A stretch of DNA of 64,000 nucleotides from Macrostomum lignano (lineage: Eukaryota), in NCBI GenBank assembly GCA_002269645.1, contig NIVC01001629.1, positions 190,429-254,428 on the forward strand, written 5' to 3'. Of the stretch, positions 11,890 to 25,677 are shown piece by piece. The notes beneath the pieces were generated by a model. The model did no database searches. It was given only the letters and a program-made list of their open reading frames with translations, and was not told the origin of the DNA. The translations under genes and the position numbers were made by a program. Positions within the stretch are counted from its first letter, which is position 1. Each line of letters opens with the position of its first letter.

Positions 11890-13101
11890 TCAATCTTCAT
11901 CGACCAGTTGGCGCGGCTTTCGCTGCTTCGAGTTCGGCTTCATCCCCTGCTGCTGCTGCTCCGGCGGCTGCTGCTCCGGCGGCTGCTGTGGCGCCTCCTC
12001 GATGAAGCCAGCGGCCTCCTCGTCCTCCCCGATGCCGTCCTCAATCTCGACGGTGCCATTGACTCGCTGGCGACTCCGCTCGACGGTCGAGTAGCGGTAA
12101 GTCGTGTTGCCCCTCGAACCGCCGCCGGGCCCACCGCCGCCGCCGCCACCGCCGCTGCTGCCGTCCCCGCCAGCCCGGCGCAGGCAGGCGGGCATGAGGC
12201 TCTGGAACTCCTTCTGGAAGTTGTTGTTCATCCAGCCGTACAGGAACGGGTTGTACATCACGGAGCTCATGGCCAGCACGTGGCAGATGAAGAACAGGCC
12301 CTGGAACAGGTTCTCGTTGATGAAGCTGATGTCCTTCACCATCCACAGCAGGTTCAGCGGGATCCAGCAGATCACGAAGATCGCTACCATGGCGATGAGC
12401 ATCCGGTTGGTGCGCCGCTTCCGCCGGATGTCCAGCTCCTCCTTGGTGCGCGACTTGTTGGCCAGCGTGTTGTTCTTGTAGCGGTTGCTCAGCGTAACGC
12501 TCACCCTGCTGTAGCAGACCGTGATGATGGCGCACGGGAGCAGGAACTGCAGCACGAAGCTGATCACGGTGAACACGGCCCGGTACTCGGCCTGCCAGTC
12601 CTCGATGCAGCTCACCTTGGTGCCGTTGTCGGAGACTTTGATCTTCTGGAACACGGCGATCGGTGTGCTGATGAGCACGGCAACCAGCCAGACGATGAAG
12701 ACGATGAGCAGGCAGAGGCAGGTCTTCATCCGCGGCACGAACGGGTGGACGATCACGAAGTAGCGGTCAATGGCGATGGCGGTAGAGGTGAGGCTGGAGA
12801 CGTACACGGAGACCCCCATGGTCATGGGCATCAGCTTGCAGACCAGCGACGGCAGGGTCCAGCTGTCCATGAACATGGCGGCTGGGGTCAGCGGCACATT
12901 GAGCGTGCTCATGATGATGTCGGAGATGGCCATGTTGGTGATGAAGATGTTCGTGATGGTCTGCATGCTGCGCTTCCGCAGCACAACGAAGACCACCAGG
13001 GCGTTGCCCAGGGTGCCCATGAGGCCGATGGTGGCGTAGAAGGTGATGGTGATGCCGCGCATCCAGGCGGGGTGGAGGCTGGTCCCGTTGCCGCCCGACA
13101 T
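11890..13101 (-). CDS. Class A neuropeptide GPCR, NPY/PrRP/sNPF receptor family; intronless CDS, 403 aa
   Basis: Seven hydrophobic segments with GN (TM1), N-x-A-x-SD (TM2), C-K-L...AIDRYFVIVHPF (TM3), CWIPLN (TM6) and NPFLYGWMNNNFQKEF (TM7/H8). First ATG at 13101 with an N-glycosylation sequon (NGT). The ORF track's 13197 start is a TTG upstream of a splice acceptor at 13123. Confidence 0.93.
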   Translation of the reverse strand: MSGGNGTSLHPAWMRGITITFYATIGLMGTLGNALVVFVVLRKRSMQTITNIFITNMAISDIIMSTLNVPLTPAAMFMDSWTLPSLVCKLMPMTMGVSVYVSSLTSTAIAIDRYFVIVHPFVPRMKTCLCLLIVFIVWLVAVLISTPIAVFQKIKVSDNGTKVSCIEDWQAEYRAVFTVISFVLQFLLPCAIITVCYSRVSVTLSNRYKNNTLANKSRTKEELDIRRKRRTNRMLIAMVAIFVICWIPLNLLWMVKDISFINENLFQGLFFICHVLAMSSVMYNPFLYGWMNNNFQKEFQSLMPACLRRAGGDGSSGGGGGGGGPGGGSRGNTTYRYSTVERSRQRVNGTVEIEDGIGEDEEAAGFIEEAPQQPPEQQPPEQQQQGMKPNSKQRKPRQLVDED

Positions 13102-15659
13102 GCTCGGCGATGAGGCTCGGATCTGGTGGGGAGGCTGGAGGGCGGCGGTGATGCCGAAGGCACCTACTAAAGTTTTGGCGTCTTTTTCTCCCGACAAGAA
13201 AATGGAGCGGCGCCGCAGGGGGGGGGGTAATTAAAGGGAAAGCCGGGGAGGAGGAACAGAGGGAAGGCGGAAAGCAAGAGGTTGAAAATGATGGAGCAGG
13301 GAGATGAAAGGCCCGCTAATGGGTCTGCAGCCTTCGAGGCCGCTCAGGGCCTGTTTGATGATGGGAGCGGGGAGGCTGCCATGCAGGAGAGAAAATTCGG
13401 CCGCCGCTCCTTCTCACGCGCGCTTTGGTGTTAAAAAAAGTGTTAAGCAGGCACTCTTTTGATGAAGCACTTCCGGCAACGTTCCGCTCCCACACCCCAC
13501 GGCTAAGAAGTTGAAAGTTCTCCAACTTGAATTCTTGTTCGCAAGTCGCTGCCAATTAAGGGACGCCAGCCCGATTGTCTCGCTAATGAAAAGCCAATAA
13601 AAAATGCTTTCCGAGGCCACGAACAGAATCTGAACTTCCAGCGTGAACGAGAGAGACAATGCCTCACAAACACAATGGGGGGGGGCAATTGCTATTTGTC
13701 CTCGGCTGGGGGAAAGGCTGTCCCGGACCCCCCTGCTCAGAGGCAAAAAGCCGAAACGGGTGGGCCAGCGCGGGCTCAGAACTGCGAGTTTCGGGAAGCC
13801 ACAGTCTGGAGGGGGGGGCCGCTGTCCCCTTGTTGGCTGAGCAAGCAAAGCCAGAAGCCAAAGCAGGGCCGCGCGGATTTCTGGGGTGGGAAGGGAGCGG
13901 CTGCTAGATGGATTTGTGTTGTAGCTCGAATCCCAGTTCCTGAGCAGTGAGTTCGCTGGCGGAGTTAATACGCAACGGGGAGCCTCACGAAAGCTGTCCC
14001 CAGGCGTGCCTCTCCGCCTGTAGCGCTCCGACTTTTTCTACCGGCAGATTCTGTGGCTTCTTGCCGCCACTCACTTCGGGCGATTCCATTTCGAGTCGGG
14101 TCCGCTGCCTCCCCCACTTAGCGGGTGGGGCGCTTGCGAGTTCCCAGGCACCTTGAGCACCGAACCCGCTGATGTCACTGAGCTCAGGGGGCTCCTATGG
14201 TCACTGTGAGCTCTTGTGAGCTCTCTCTCTTGCTACCGAGTTTTGTCTATGGTAAAACCGCATTTCAAGGTAACTTATCTACTCACAGCTACTAACTTGT
14301 GAGGGAACAGCTTGTGTCGCCAGTTCCTATCTCTCCAGTGCGCACTGAACTTTCTCCAGTTCCTCAAACCGACGGCTGCTCCAGCGGCAGCAAGGTCAGC
14401 TGAATTATTGATGCCTATGGGGCAATCGGGACAAGATATTGAATATTTTATTGGCAAAAATATTTTAATTAAGATGAAATGTTAATTAAATTCAGCAGCC
14501 CGGGGGCGCCACTGCGGAGGCGGCCGGGTTTCTTGATCTGAGACAGAGCTCGGCTCGCCCAGCCAGTCGGAGCAAAGTGCGCCTCACCTGACAAATGCTG
14601 ACTGCAGGCTCCCCGCCTCTCTGTTGCTTCGAGTCGAGCGAAAGCAGATTTTGCCGGGCTGCCTGAATGGCGCCAATTTGTAGCGGAGGGCGGGCGGGAA
14701 GGCGGGGTGGGGCAGGCGGGCAGCGCGAATGGGAGGCCTCCCAGCAGACTTCGGGGAGGGGATTCTCTGGTTTTGGGAACTGGCGGGCAGCGCCAGGCAA
14801 CTCAGCGGGGGGGGCGAACACACGCACTGTGCCGATCCGTACGGACCGCTGGATTCTGTTTTGAACCGAAGCCCAGCAGCCGCCCAAGGTGGCGCCCATC
14901 GATTGCCGCAGCCAAAAACAAACACTCTGGGGGCGAAAGTAATTTCGCAATAAATCCATCATCGTCATAAATCAACCCCCCAGACACCTGGGTCGAGCTT
15001 GCACTTTCCCCATCCGCTTGCCTGGCAGCGTGGAGAAAAAAGTCTTCGAACCAATAAGCCAAGGCGATTGACTTGTCCCCGCTAATCCCAGGCCCGCCGC
15101 AACCCCAACATCGGGCGAGGAACCTCGTGCTCAGCAGTAGCTCAGGTTGAATTTCAGACCGGCTCGTCAAAGCTGAGGCCCCGAGGCAGGCGACGCTTCG
15201 AAGGTGTCGAATTTCCTCACTGGCTCAGGCCCGGTGCACCTGGAATGCGAACTCGACTCCCCGTTTGCGCACGCCAAGGCTCTCGTGCAGACGTTTGTGT
15301 TTCTGTCCCATTTTGAATTGCAACTCCTCATTACAGAAGGTGCTCAACTGCCGGAAACATCCTTCTTCGACCTGAAGCAGAGGGTTCTCCTAAAATATTT
15401 CCGCCCAGCAGAGACATTGTCAACTGATTGCTCAGCGACCGTCGTCTACCAACGATCCGGAACTGCAGACCCCTTGGACCGCCGTTACCCCCTGCTGGGC
15501 CAGTGTCGCTCTCGGTGTGTTTGTTTGGCTTAGGCATGAACGGACAGCAGTGAGGCTTTGCGCTGTCAGTCACACCTGCCGGTTGCTGGGGCGGGGGGGG
15601 GTACGGATATGCACGGCGGGGCGCTGCTTCGGTGAGGGGAGTTTCTCTGTTTACCGAAT

Positions 15660-15815
15660 GCTGACCTGACTGACTGACTGACTGACTTTAGCGAGTGACC
15701 TGACTGACTGACTGACTGACTGACTGACTGACTGACTGACTGACTGACTGACTGACTGACTTTAGCGAGTGACCTGACTGACTGACTGACTGACTTTAGT
15801 GAGTGACCTGACTGA
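15660..15815. repeat. (TGAC)n microsatellite with TTTAGCGAG interruptions
   Basis: Direct observation. Confidence 0.92.
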
Positions 15816-16139
15816 GTTGTTTACTTATAAGCTACTCAGGTCCCCCATATCGTTCGACCTGGCCAACCGTAGCCGGAGTTCGAGCTCAAGCCATGCACCT
15901 GAGCGAACAGTATTTGAGAACGCGGCCACCCGTGAAATCGCCGCTCGGGCGCCCCGAAGAGCCGGGCCTGCAGATCGGAGCAGCTTGGGGCAAAACAGAT
16001 CGACTTTGCAAGCAGCGGGGAAACTGATGGCGAACTCAGCCTCTCCCTGGGACGTGATGTTTTCCCTGATGTAGTCTGGGCTGCCTTCGTGTTACTAGAC
16101 TTAGATTTTGCATGGGACAGCTGCATGTAGATCGCTTTC

Positions 16140-16636
<497 letters not shown>

Positions 16637-17481
16637 ACGGTGACCTCCATCCATTCCCAGTGTTTAGGCCTAAACTGAAGGGTTTCAGTCCCTGACTTCA
16701 AATTTCAAGTCTCATTAACTGCCAGTCAGCAGAAACAGACGATGGGAGAGCGAGCAGGGTTCCTCGTTCTCTGCTGCTTTGTGCCCCATCCGATCCTTCT
16801 CTTCCGTCTTCCGGCCCCGATGTCTTCTGCTGCTCCGAGCGCGGGCTGCATCCCTGGCCGGAAATTCATTCCATGATGGGACCTCGAGAAGCGGCCCGCA
16901 TGAAATCTCCTTCGAGTCGGGAGGGGGGTTCGTCCGTCAGACAATGGGCTGCAGGACTTGAAGAAGCCCCCTTCGAGTTTCATCGCAGCCCAAGGATCGA
17001 ATCCCGAAGCGGGCGGCCATAATCCGGTGGAGTTCGTATCCTTGAGCATTCCAGAGCCTCCCCCAGCCTGTCCGGGACAGTTTTCAGGCTTTTCTTAGAC
17101 TGGACAATTTTTGTCCAGGCAATCAACGGGCGGGAGGGCGCATATTAATTAATAGGCATAATTAATTAAAGGCCTGCTGCATCCGCTCTCCCTCGGAGAC
17201 TACTCAGCTTCCCCGTTTGCGATTTTTTTCGGCATTTCTAGGAATTATATTTAATCTCTATTTTATTATTCAAGGATATGATTAGCGCTGCCCTCTTGGG
17301 GAATTCTTTTTCATCCACCGGTTTTGCTGCTGCACGCAGAGAAAAGGAATATTGAAGAAGCTGTTTGATGCGGGGCCGGCAGTGCAAATCTGGAAATCTT
17401 CCTCGGCGCCTCCGCTCCCGCAGGTGCGCGGCGCGGTGAGCCGCTTGATTGACAGGCCGCTGTCAAAGTGGACAGCCAGCC

Positions 17482-17555
17482 AGGCAGACAGGCAGACAGG
17501 CAGACAGGCAGACAGGCAGACAGGCAGACAGGCAGACAGGCAGACAGGCAGACAG
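17482..17555. repeat. (CAGG/CAGA)n microsatellite
   Basis: Direct observation. Confidence 0.9.
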
Positions 17556-17895
17556 GCTGCAGCTTCCCAAGCTTCATCATTCATCTTGCAGCCAGCCAGT
17601 CCAGATGCAGAGCTTGACAACTCTGCTATGCCAGACTCGGGAGATGAGGCTGCAGTGCAGCCATTCGAACCCCGCGTTGCTCTCGTCCCAGCCTCCCGCA
17701 AGAGGCAGTTCCCATTTCCTTGCCTTCCCACTTCATCTAAACAAATACTAGCCACTTCCGCACTGTGCGGTTGTTATAATTATTGCCGTTATTTGCTCTG
17801 GAGAGACTTCTCTGCCTTAGGGAGGAGGGCAGGTGGAGTGGCGAGCTGCAGTCCCAGGGCATCTGACTTGCTGCTGTTGCTTCTGCTATTTCTAT

Positions 17896-18160
17896 TCACT
17901 CACTTACTCACTCACTCACTCAATCACTCACTCACTCACTCACTCACTCAATCACTCACTCACTCACTCACTCACTCACTCACTCACTCACTCACTCACT
18001 CACTCACTCACTCACTCACTCACTCACTCACTCACTCACTCACTCACTCACTCACTCACTCACTCACTCACTCACTCACTCACTCACTCACTCACTCACT
18101 CACTCACTCACTCACTCACTCACTCACTCACGCACTCACTCACTCATGAACTCACTCACT
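17896..18160. repeat. (CACT)n microsatellite
   Basis: Direct observation. Confidence 0.96.
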
Positions 18161-19003
18161 TTCCAGTGAGCAGAAATAAGTGAGCCCACACCACAGCTCA
18201 CATCAGCTCCGGCTGCGACAAGGTTTACTGAGAATATGAGAACTGGGATTGTGCCAAGCTGAAGGGGATCAGCCCACCCGCCAGTGCAATGAATAGTTGT
18301 GGACCTCATATAGGAAATTGCAATCTGCAGGGGATGCAGTACGCTAGATTATGAGAACTGGGATCATTTTAGTTTAGTAGTACATCTGAGCACTATAATT
18401 GCGAGTAGTGTACGCATATTACGACTCAATTCCTGTTGCTTTTCCCGAATGTAGGATCGATTGCAGCCTTCGATCTCTCATCTAGTCTGGACTTTAACTT
18501 TGAGTTCGGAAGAAATCAGCGCTTGAGACCGGCAAACAAGCAAAATTCATGCAAAACTTCCCGATCTGTAGCCCTTCAACTACAAAGTAAGTCGGTCAAG
18601 GAATCGGGAGCTGTACTTTTAACCTCAGACAGTTTCGTTTGATTTTTGTTAAAATCAGCTTTTGAATTTGTTTAAAATTGGATTCGTCAAATTAATTTTT
18701 TTTCGTTTCTAACAACTTGAAGCTGATTTTTTGCTTTTTTAATAAAACTCAGCAGCCTTGCTGCATTGTGAGCAGAGAATTGCAGTTCCCGCGATTGAAC
18801 TGCTCAGTAATGGCGGCACCGCTGCCAGCACCATTCCACCCGATGAGAATTATCCCCAGGGATTTAAAAGGCAAAATATTAATATTTGGGGTGATGACAG
18901 GTCCTGGTTATCCTGGAGCTTGCACTCCGTTTTTTCATGGGAAGTTATTTTTTGATAAAATTTTGCTTAAGGAAATGATTTTTCCTCTGTCATCCTCTTA
19001 ACT

Positions 19004-19700
<697 letters not shown>

Positions 19701-20193
19701 CTGTCTGTCGGGGAGCAGGCATTCCAGAGCACTTCATCTCGGTATTCCTTTGTCACTTTTAATTCTAAGTCTTTAGTTCATTTTTTCATCAAGCAGCTTA
19801 ACTTTGTTTTTCCTTCTCAGCGGGGAATTTTGTCAGAGAAATTCGCCTGTAGAAAATCTGCAGACCCGGATTAGTAACCCTACTGGAACAGCCCCCCCCA
19901 CCCTCCCGGTTGAATCGCCCCCCGGCCTGTCATGGCGCTAATCCCTTATCTCCTTGCCGTGAGCAGTCCCGGGGGTCTCACTGATTCCCTGCATGTGCAG
20001 CTCAAGCTGTCAGATAATTAGAGATTTACTCAGACCTTCCCCAGTCGGATGTGAGAAGTGCTCAGGTGCGGTGAGTCGGTTCGAGCCCGAGCACTGCTCA
20101 GTGTTGAGCCGGCCAGTGAGTTGTAATTGAAATACTGAAGCATATCAGCTCTGCAGTGCAGTTTATCGTCAGTCAGTTCTGTTAGAGATTTCG

Positions 20194-20248
20194 ATGGCGC
20201 CTGGAGACCTCCTGCTCACCGCCTGCATCCTGGCCGCAGCTGTCTCTC
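20194..20248 (+). CDS. Orphan secreted protein, first coding exon (signal peptide MAPGDLLLTACILAAAVS)
   Basis: ATG followed by a hydrophobic signal-peptide-like stretch. Donor C|GTGAGT, phase 1, which matches the acceptor phase at 29117. Confidence 0.7.
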
Positions 20249-20304
20249 GTGAGTTTTCATGGAATTTTCTTTCAGCCTTCGACCTAGTGGCCTTACTGAG
20301 AAGG

Positions 20305-21035
20305 CGCGCCATTTCATTTTAGAGGTGCCATCTCATTTTAGGGGCGCCATTTCATTTTAGAGGTGCCATCTCATTTTAGGGGCGCCATTTCATTTTAGAC
20401 GGGGCGGCATTTCTTTTTAGACGGGGCGCCATTTCATTTTAGAGGTGCCATCTCATTTTAGGGGCGCCATTTCATTTTAGAGGTGCCATCTCATTTTAGG
20501 GGCACCATTTCATTTTAGAGGTGCCATCTCATTTTGGGGGCATCATTTCATTTTAGAGGTGCCATCTCATTTTGGGGGCGCCATTTCATTTTAGAGGTGC
20601 CATCTCATTTTGGGGGCGCCATTTCATTTTAGAGGTGCCATCTCATTTTAGGGGCGCCATTTCATTTTAGAGGTGCCATCTCATTTTAGGGGCGCCATTT
20701 CATTTTAGAGGTGCCATCTCATTTTAGGGGCGCCATTTCATTTTAGAGGTGCCATCTCATTTTGGGGGCGCCATTTCATTTTAGAGGTGCCATCTCATTT
20801 TAGGGGCGCCATTTTATTTTAGGGGCGCCATTTCATTTTAGGGGCGCCATTTCATTTTAGGGGCGCCATTTCATTTTAGGGGCACCATTTCATTTTAGGG
20901 GGTGCCATTTCATTTTAGGGGGCGCCACTACATTTTAGGGGGTGCCATCTCATTTTAGGGGGCGCCATTTCATTTTAGGGGCGCCATTTCTTTTGAGAGG
21001 GGGCGCCATTTCATTTTAGAGGCGCCATTTCATTT
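20305..21035. repeat. 19/20-bp dimeric minisatellite (GGGGCGCCATTTCATTTTA / GAGGTGCCATCTCATTTTA)
   Basis: Tandem copies in intron 20249-29116. Confidence 0.94.
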
Positions 21036-21649
21036 TAGAGGTTGCCATCTAATAAGAGGGATGCTATTTAATGTGGGTGGGGGCGCCATTTCATGTGACG
21101 GGCGCCACAGCTTTACCGCAGGACGGCGCTGTACTTTGCCAGCCGAATGGGGAGGGGTCGCGGCCCCTCTTGCCCCCCTTCGGCTACGCAATCTGGCTTC
21201 GCCTCGCACTCTCAAGGACCTGTTGAATACCCCCCCCGGTACAAGCAGCTCTCGTATCTCACTCAGCAGTGGGGCAGAGCAGGCTGAGTCAATATACTCA
21301 TCTGTCCTCTAAGCCGCGATTCAGACTGGCGATTTCTAATCTCCAGGTAGGGAACACGCTATCAGGGGAATCAGGGAAGCTGGAAACCCTGTTTGCTGCG
21401 GCCCGTCGCTCTGTCCGTGACAAATCAAGTCCACTTGGCCCACAAATCAGTCAGTCAATCTCTGCGTATCCAGCTTCCTGCATCCTTCATCTTTTAGTCC
21501 GGCTAAATTATTTACTAGAGAATATTGCTTGGCGGACTTCTGGCGTCCTTGTGGGGGGGGGGGGCTGAGCGGTAAGGCAGAACAAATGTAGGGGATTATC
21601 TTGTCTTAAATTAGTGCTGGAAATAACCTGACTGCCGGCCTGACTGACT

Positions 21650-22738
21650 GACTGCTCACCATGAGCTGTGACTCAACTGACTGACTGCTCACCATGAGCT
21701 GTGACTCAACTGACTGACTGCTCATAATGAGCTGTGACTCAACTGACTGCTCATCATGAGCTGTGACTCAACTGACTGCTCATCATGAGCTGTGACTCAA
21801 CTGACTGCTCATCATGAGCTGTGACTCAACTGACTGCTCATCATGAGCTGTGACTCAACTGACTGCTCATCATGAGCTGTGACTCAACTGACTGCTCATC
21901 ATGAGCTGTGACTCAACTGACTGCTCATCATGAGCTGTGACTCAACTGACTGCTCATCATGAGCTGTGACTCAACTGACTGCTCATCATGAACTGTGACT
22001 CAACTGACTGCTCATCATGAGCTGTGACTCAACTGACTGCTCATAATGAGCTGACTCAACTAACTGCTCATCATGAGCTGTGACTCAACTGACTGCTCAT
22101 CATGAGCTGTGACTTAACTGACTGCTCATCATGAGCTGTGACTCAACTGACTGCTCATCATGAGCTGTGACTTAACTGACTGCTCACCATGAGCTGTGAC
22201 TCAACTGACTGCTCATCATGAGCTGTGACTCAACTGACTGACTGCTCATAATGAGCTGTGACTCAACTGACTGCTCATCATGAGCTGTGACTCAACTGAC
22301 TGCTCATCATGAGCTGTGACTCAACTGACTGCTCATCATGAGCTGTGACTCAACTGACTGCTCATCATGAGCTGTGACTCAACTGACTGCTCATCATGAG
22401 CTGTGACTCAACTGACTGCTCATCATGAGCTGTGACTCGACTGACTGCTCATCATGAGCTGTGACTCAACTGACTGCTCATCATGAGCTTTGACTCAACT
22501 GACTGCTCATCATGAGCTGTGACTCAATTGACTGACTGCTCATCATGAGCTGTGACTCAACTGACTGACTGCTCATCATGAGCTGTGACTCAACTGACTG
22601 CTCATCATGAGCTGTGACTCGACTGACTGATCATCATGAGCTGTGACTCAACTGACTGCTCATCATGAGCTGTGACTCGACTGACTGACTGCTCACCATG
22701 AGCTGTGACTCAACTGACTGACTGCTCACCATGAGCTG
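21650..22738. repeat. 29-bp minisatellite (CTGACTGCTCATCATGAGCTGTGACTCAA)n
   Basis: About 36 copies, some with an extra CTGA; contains GCTCAT-C-ATGAGC and TGACTCA. Confidence 0.96.
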
Positions 22739-23169
22739 GGGACTGCGGGGCCGTGTAATAAATTTGCAGACTGCGAACTTCGCCACTGAAATTGCAGCCT
22801 TGTGATTCTGCCGCTCTGGAAAATATCTCTATAATTTTACAGTGCATTGTGGCAGTTTATCATCGAAAGACTGCCTGCAAAGTTGCCTTACAGACTAATT
22901 GTTACAGATCCTATAATGCGGTAAATTTAGAAGCCGAAAGCTAATTAACATTCAGTTTTTGTCGTGATATTTTTCTGCGGACACAGTTTGAACTTTAATC
23001 ACTAACAAGGAATGTCATTGTTTTTTTAGTTGCTAGGCAGCTTAAACCACAGCAGATATGACGGGAATTTAATGAATGATGAAACTACTTTGAGTAGAAA
23101 GTAACGCATTTTCATTCCATTTAAATAATGTCATATTCAAAAATCAGATCTTGCAGACTTTGCTAGGAG

Positions 23170-24164
23170 AAAAAGGATAGGAGAGAAGAGAGAGGAGAGG
23201 GGAGAAAGTAAATGAGAAGAGCAGAAGAGGAGAGGAGAGGAGAGGAGAGGAGAGGAGAGGAGAGGAGAGGAGAGGAGAGGAGAGAGAGGAGAGGAGAGGA
23301 GAGGAGAGGAGAGGAGAGGAGAGGAGAGGAGAGGAGAGGAGAGGAGAGGAGAGGAGAGGAGAGGAGAGGAGAGGAGAGGAGAGGAGAGGAGAGGAGAGTA
23401 GAGGAGAGGAGAGGAGAGGAGAGGAGAGGAGAGGAGAAGAGAGGAGAGGAGAGGAGAGGAGAGGAGAGTAGAGGAGAGGAGAGGAGAGGAGAGGAGAGGC
23501 GAGGAGAGGAGAGGAGAGGAAAGGAGAGGAGAGGAGAGTAGAGGAGAGGAGAGGAGAGGAGAGGAGAGGATAAGAGAGAGAGGAGAGGAGAGGAGAGGAG
23601 AGGAGAGTTGAGGAGAAAAGAGGAGAGGAGAGGAGAGGAGAGGAGAGGATAAGAGAGAGAGGAGAGGAGAGGAGAGGAGAGGAGAGGAGAAAAGAAGAGA
23701 GGAGAGGAGATGAGTAAAGAGAAGAGAAATAAAAGAGAGGAGAGGAGAGGCGAGGAGAGGAGAGGAGAGGAGAGGAGAGGATAAGAGAGAGAGGAGAGGA
23801 GAGGAGAGGAGAGGAGAGGAGAGGAGAGGAGAGGAGAGGAGAGGATAAGAGAGAGAGGAGAGGAGAGGAGAGGAGAGGAGAGGAGAGGAGAGGAGAGGAG
23901 AGGAGAGGAGCTGAGAGGAGAGGATAAGAGAGAGAGGAGAGGAGTGGAGAGGAGAGGAGAGGAGAGGAGAGGAGAGGAGAGGAGAGGAGAGGATAAGAGA
24001 GAGAGGAGAGGAGAGGAGAGGAGAGGAGAGGAGAGAAGAGGAGATGAGAAAAGAAGAGAGGAGAGGAGTTGAGAAAAGAGAAGAGAAATAAAAGAGAGGA
24101 GAGGAGATGAGTAAAGAGAAGAGAAATAAAAGAGAGGAGAGGAGATGAGTAAAGAGAAGAGAAA
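23170..24164. repeat. (GAGGA)n purine-rich microsatellite, interrupted by the LTR element and resuming at 28620-28680
   Basis: The same GAAATAAAAGAGAGGAGAGGAGATGAGTAAAGAGAA unit appears on both sides of the element. Confidence 0.95.
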
Positions 24165-24429
24165 TGTGGTGCCGGAGCGCTGAGCTCTAGGCACTGGCTA
24201 ACTAACTAGCTTATGCTATGTACGTGCATCGTACGTGCACACCATTCTTTCCTCTCCCTTCGCTCTGACTGGCCATCCCCTAAGCCGCCATGTACTTGTA
24301 CGTAGTTATTTATCATCACGTGACTTTATTTCGGTGTTCTCTCGGCCCCTGCTCGTGTCATTATTTAATAAGCTACTTGCTAGTTAAAATAAACCTTGAG
24401 TTTCTTTATGCCAAATTCACGGCACGACA
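24165..24429 (+). repeat. 5' LTR (265 bp)
   Basis: Identical to the 3' LTR except for an 11-bp internal duplication (GTACGTGCA-TC-GTACGTGCA, 24220-24239); contains AATAAA. Confidence 0.96.
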
Positions 24430-25677
24430 ATGGCGTCGCAAGCAAGTGACCTGCCACTAAACGATCCAGCCATGACTGAGGCATGGCTCAGGAGTTTCGC
24501 CGCACTCAGTCGAAGCAAGAAGCTGACGGACTCCAATGAAGATCGCCAGGTTACTGACCTCTTCCTGTCCAATGCGGGAGTCGAGGCAGTCCGCAGAGTG
24601 TCTGTCATGGCGCAGCCCAAGGAACTGGAGAACATGGACTTCGCAGACATTCGCAAACTGATCATGGAGAAGGTGGCACCCAAGAAGAGGCTGGTCATTG
24701 CGGAGAGGTCCAAATTCATGGCACTTCGACAAGAGACCGGCGAATCGACTCAACAATTCGCACAGCGCCTCAGGGATGCCTCCAGGTTCTGCGAATTCAG
24801 CAAGCTGAACGCTGAGGGCTGCCATCAGACTGCCGAGGATGAGCTCATTCAGACTATGCTGATCAGCGGACTGCAGAACATGCAGCATCGAGCCAAGACT
24901 CTCGAGTTCATCCAGAGCGCTGCCGCAGCTGTGAAGTTTGATACCTGCGTTGAATACGTTCAACAGCTGGAACTCATTCAGCAGTACAGCAGCTCCGATC
25001 AGGTCAAGCAGTCATCGACCAGCTCCAGCACCCCGGCTGAGCAGCCAGCCCCAGCAGCCATCGCCAGCGTAGACAAGAACCGAAGTGCCGGAAAGCAGTG
25101 CAAGTTCTGTGGCCAAAAGCACCCAAGTGGTCGATGTCCAGCCTGGGGCAAGACGTGCGCGAAGTGCGGACGCCGCAACCACTTCGCAGCCGTGTGCAAA
25201 AGCAGCTCCCAGAACAAGTCGGCACACGAGCTCGAGACAGAGGAACCGGAAGGCAACCTAGCTCGCAACCCAGTCTTCACCGTCAGCAGCACGAATAAGA
25301 GCAAGACGAGCAGCATCAAGAATGTGAAGCTGGACGGTAAGCTCCTGGCGATGCAGCTCGATTCTGGATCAGACGCCAGCATCATCCCCAAGAACTTTTG
25401 GAAAGCCTTGGGTGAACCTCGGCTCAAGCGGTGTCCCAGGCAGCTTCGCCAGTTCGATGGGTCTGTCATCAAGACCCTCGGTTGCTTCTTAGCGGTAGTA
25501 GAGCTCAGCGACAGAGTTGCCTGCATCGAGGTTACTGTAGCCGCGTGCGAGAAGAACCATGGACTGCTGGGCACCGATGCTTTGGACTTCAAGCTCGACG
25601 GAGTTGCCATCAACCACGCAGAGGTGACACCCCCGCAAGCTGCGGGGCTTCAGGGCTCGGATTGTCTTGAAAGATAA
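24430..25677 (+). CDS. gag: Gag plus aspartic protease of the Gypsy element
   Basis: CKFCGQKHPSGRC and CAKCGRRNHFAAVC knuckles; protease LDSGS and LLGTD. Runs out of frame near 25625-25640. Confidence 0.9.
   Translation: MASQASDLPLNDPAMTEAWLRSFAALSRSKKLTDSNEDRQVTDLFLSNAGVEAVRRVSVMAQPKELENMDFADIRKLIMEKVAPKKRLVIAERSKFMALRQETGESTQQFAQRLRDASRFCEFSKLNAEGCHQTAEDELIQTMLISGLQNMQHRAKTLEFIQSAAAAVKFDTCVEYVQQLELIQQYSSSDQVKQSSTSSSTPAEQPAPAAIASVDKNRSAGKQCKFCGQKHPSGRCPAWGKTCAKCGRRNHFAAVCKSSSQNKSAHELETEEPEGNLARNPVFTVSSTNKSKTSSIKNVKLDGKLLAMQLDSGSDASIIPKNFWKALGEPRLKRCPRQLRQFDGSVIKTLGCFLAVVELSDRVACIEVTVAACEKNHGLLGTDALDFKLDGVAINHAEVTPPQAAGLQGSDCLER

Noticed and set aside
11803-13113. 436-aa plus-strand ORF
   Set aside because: Antisense shadow of the GC3-rich GPCR; no independent signal.
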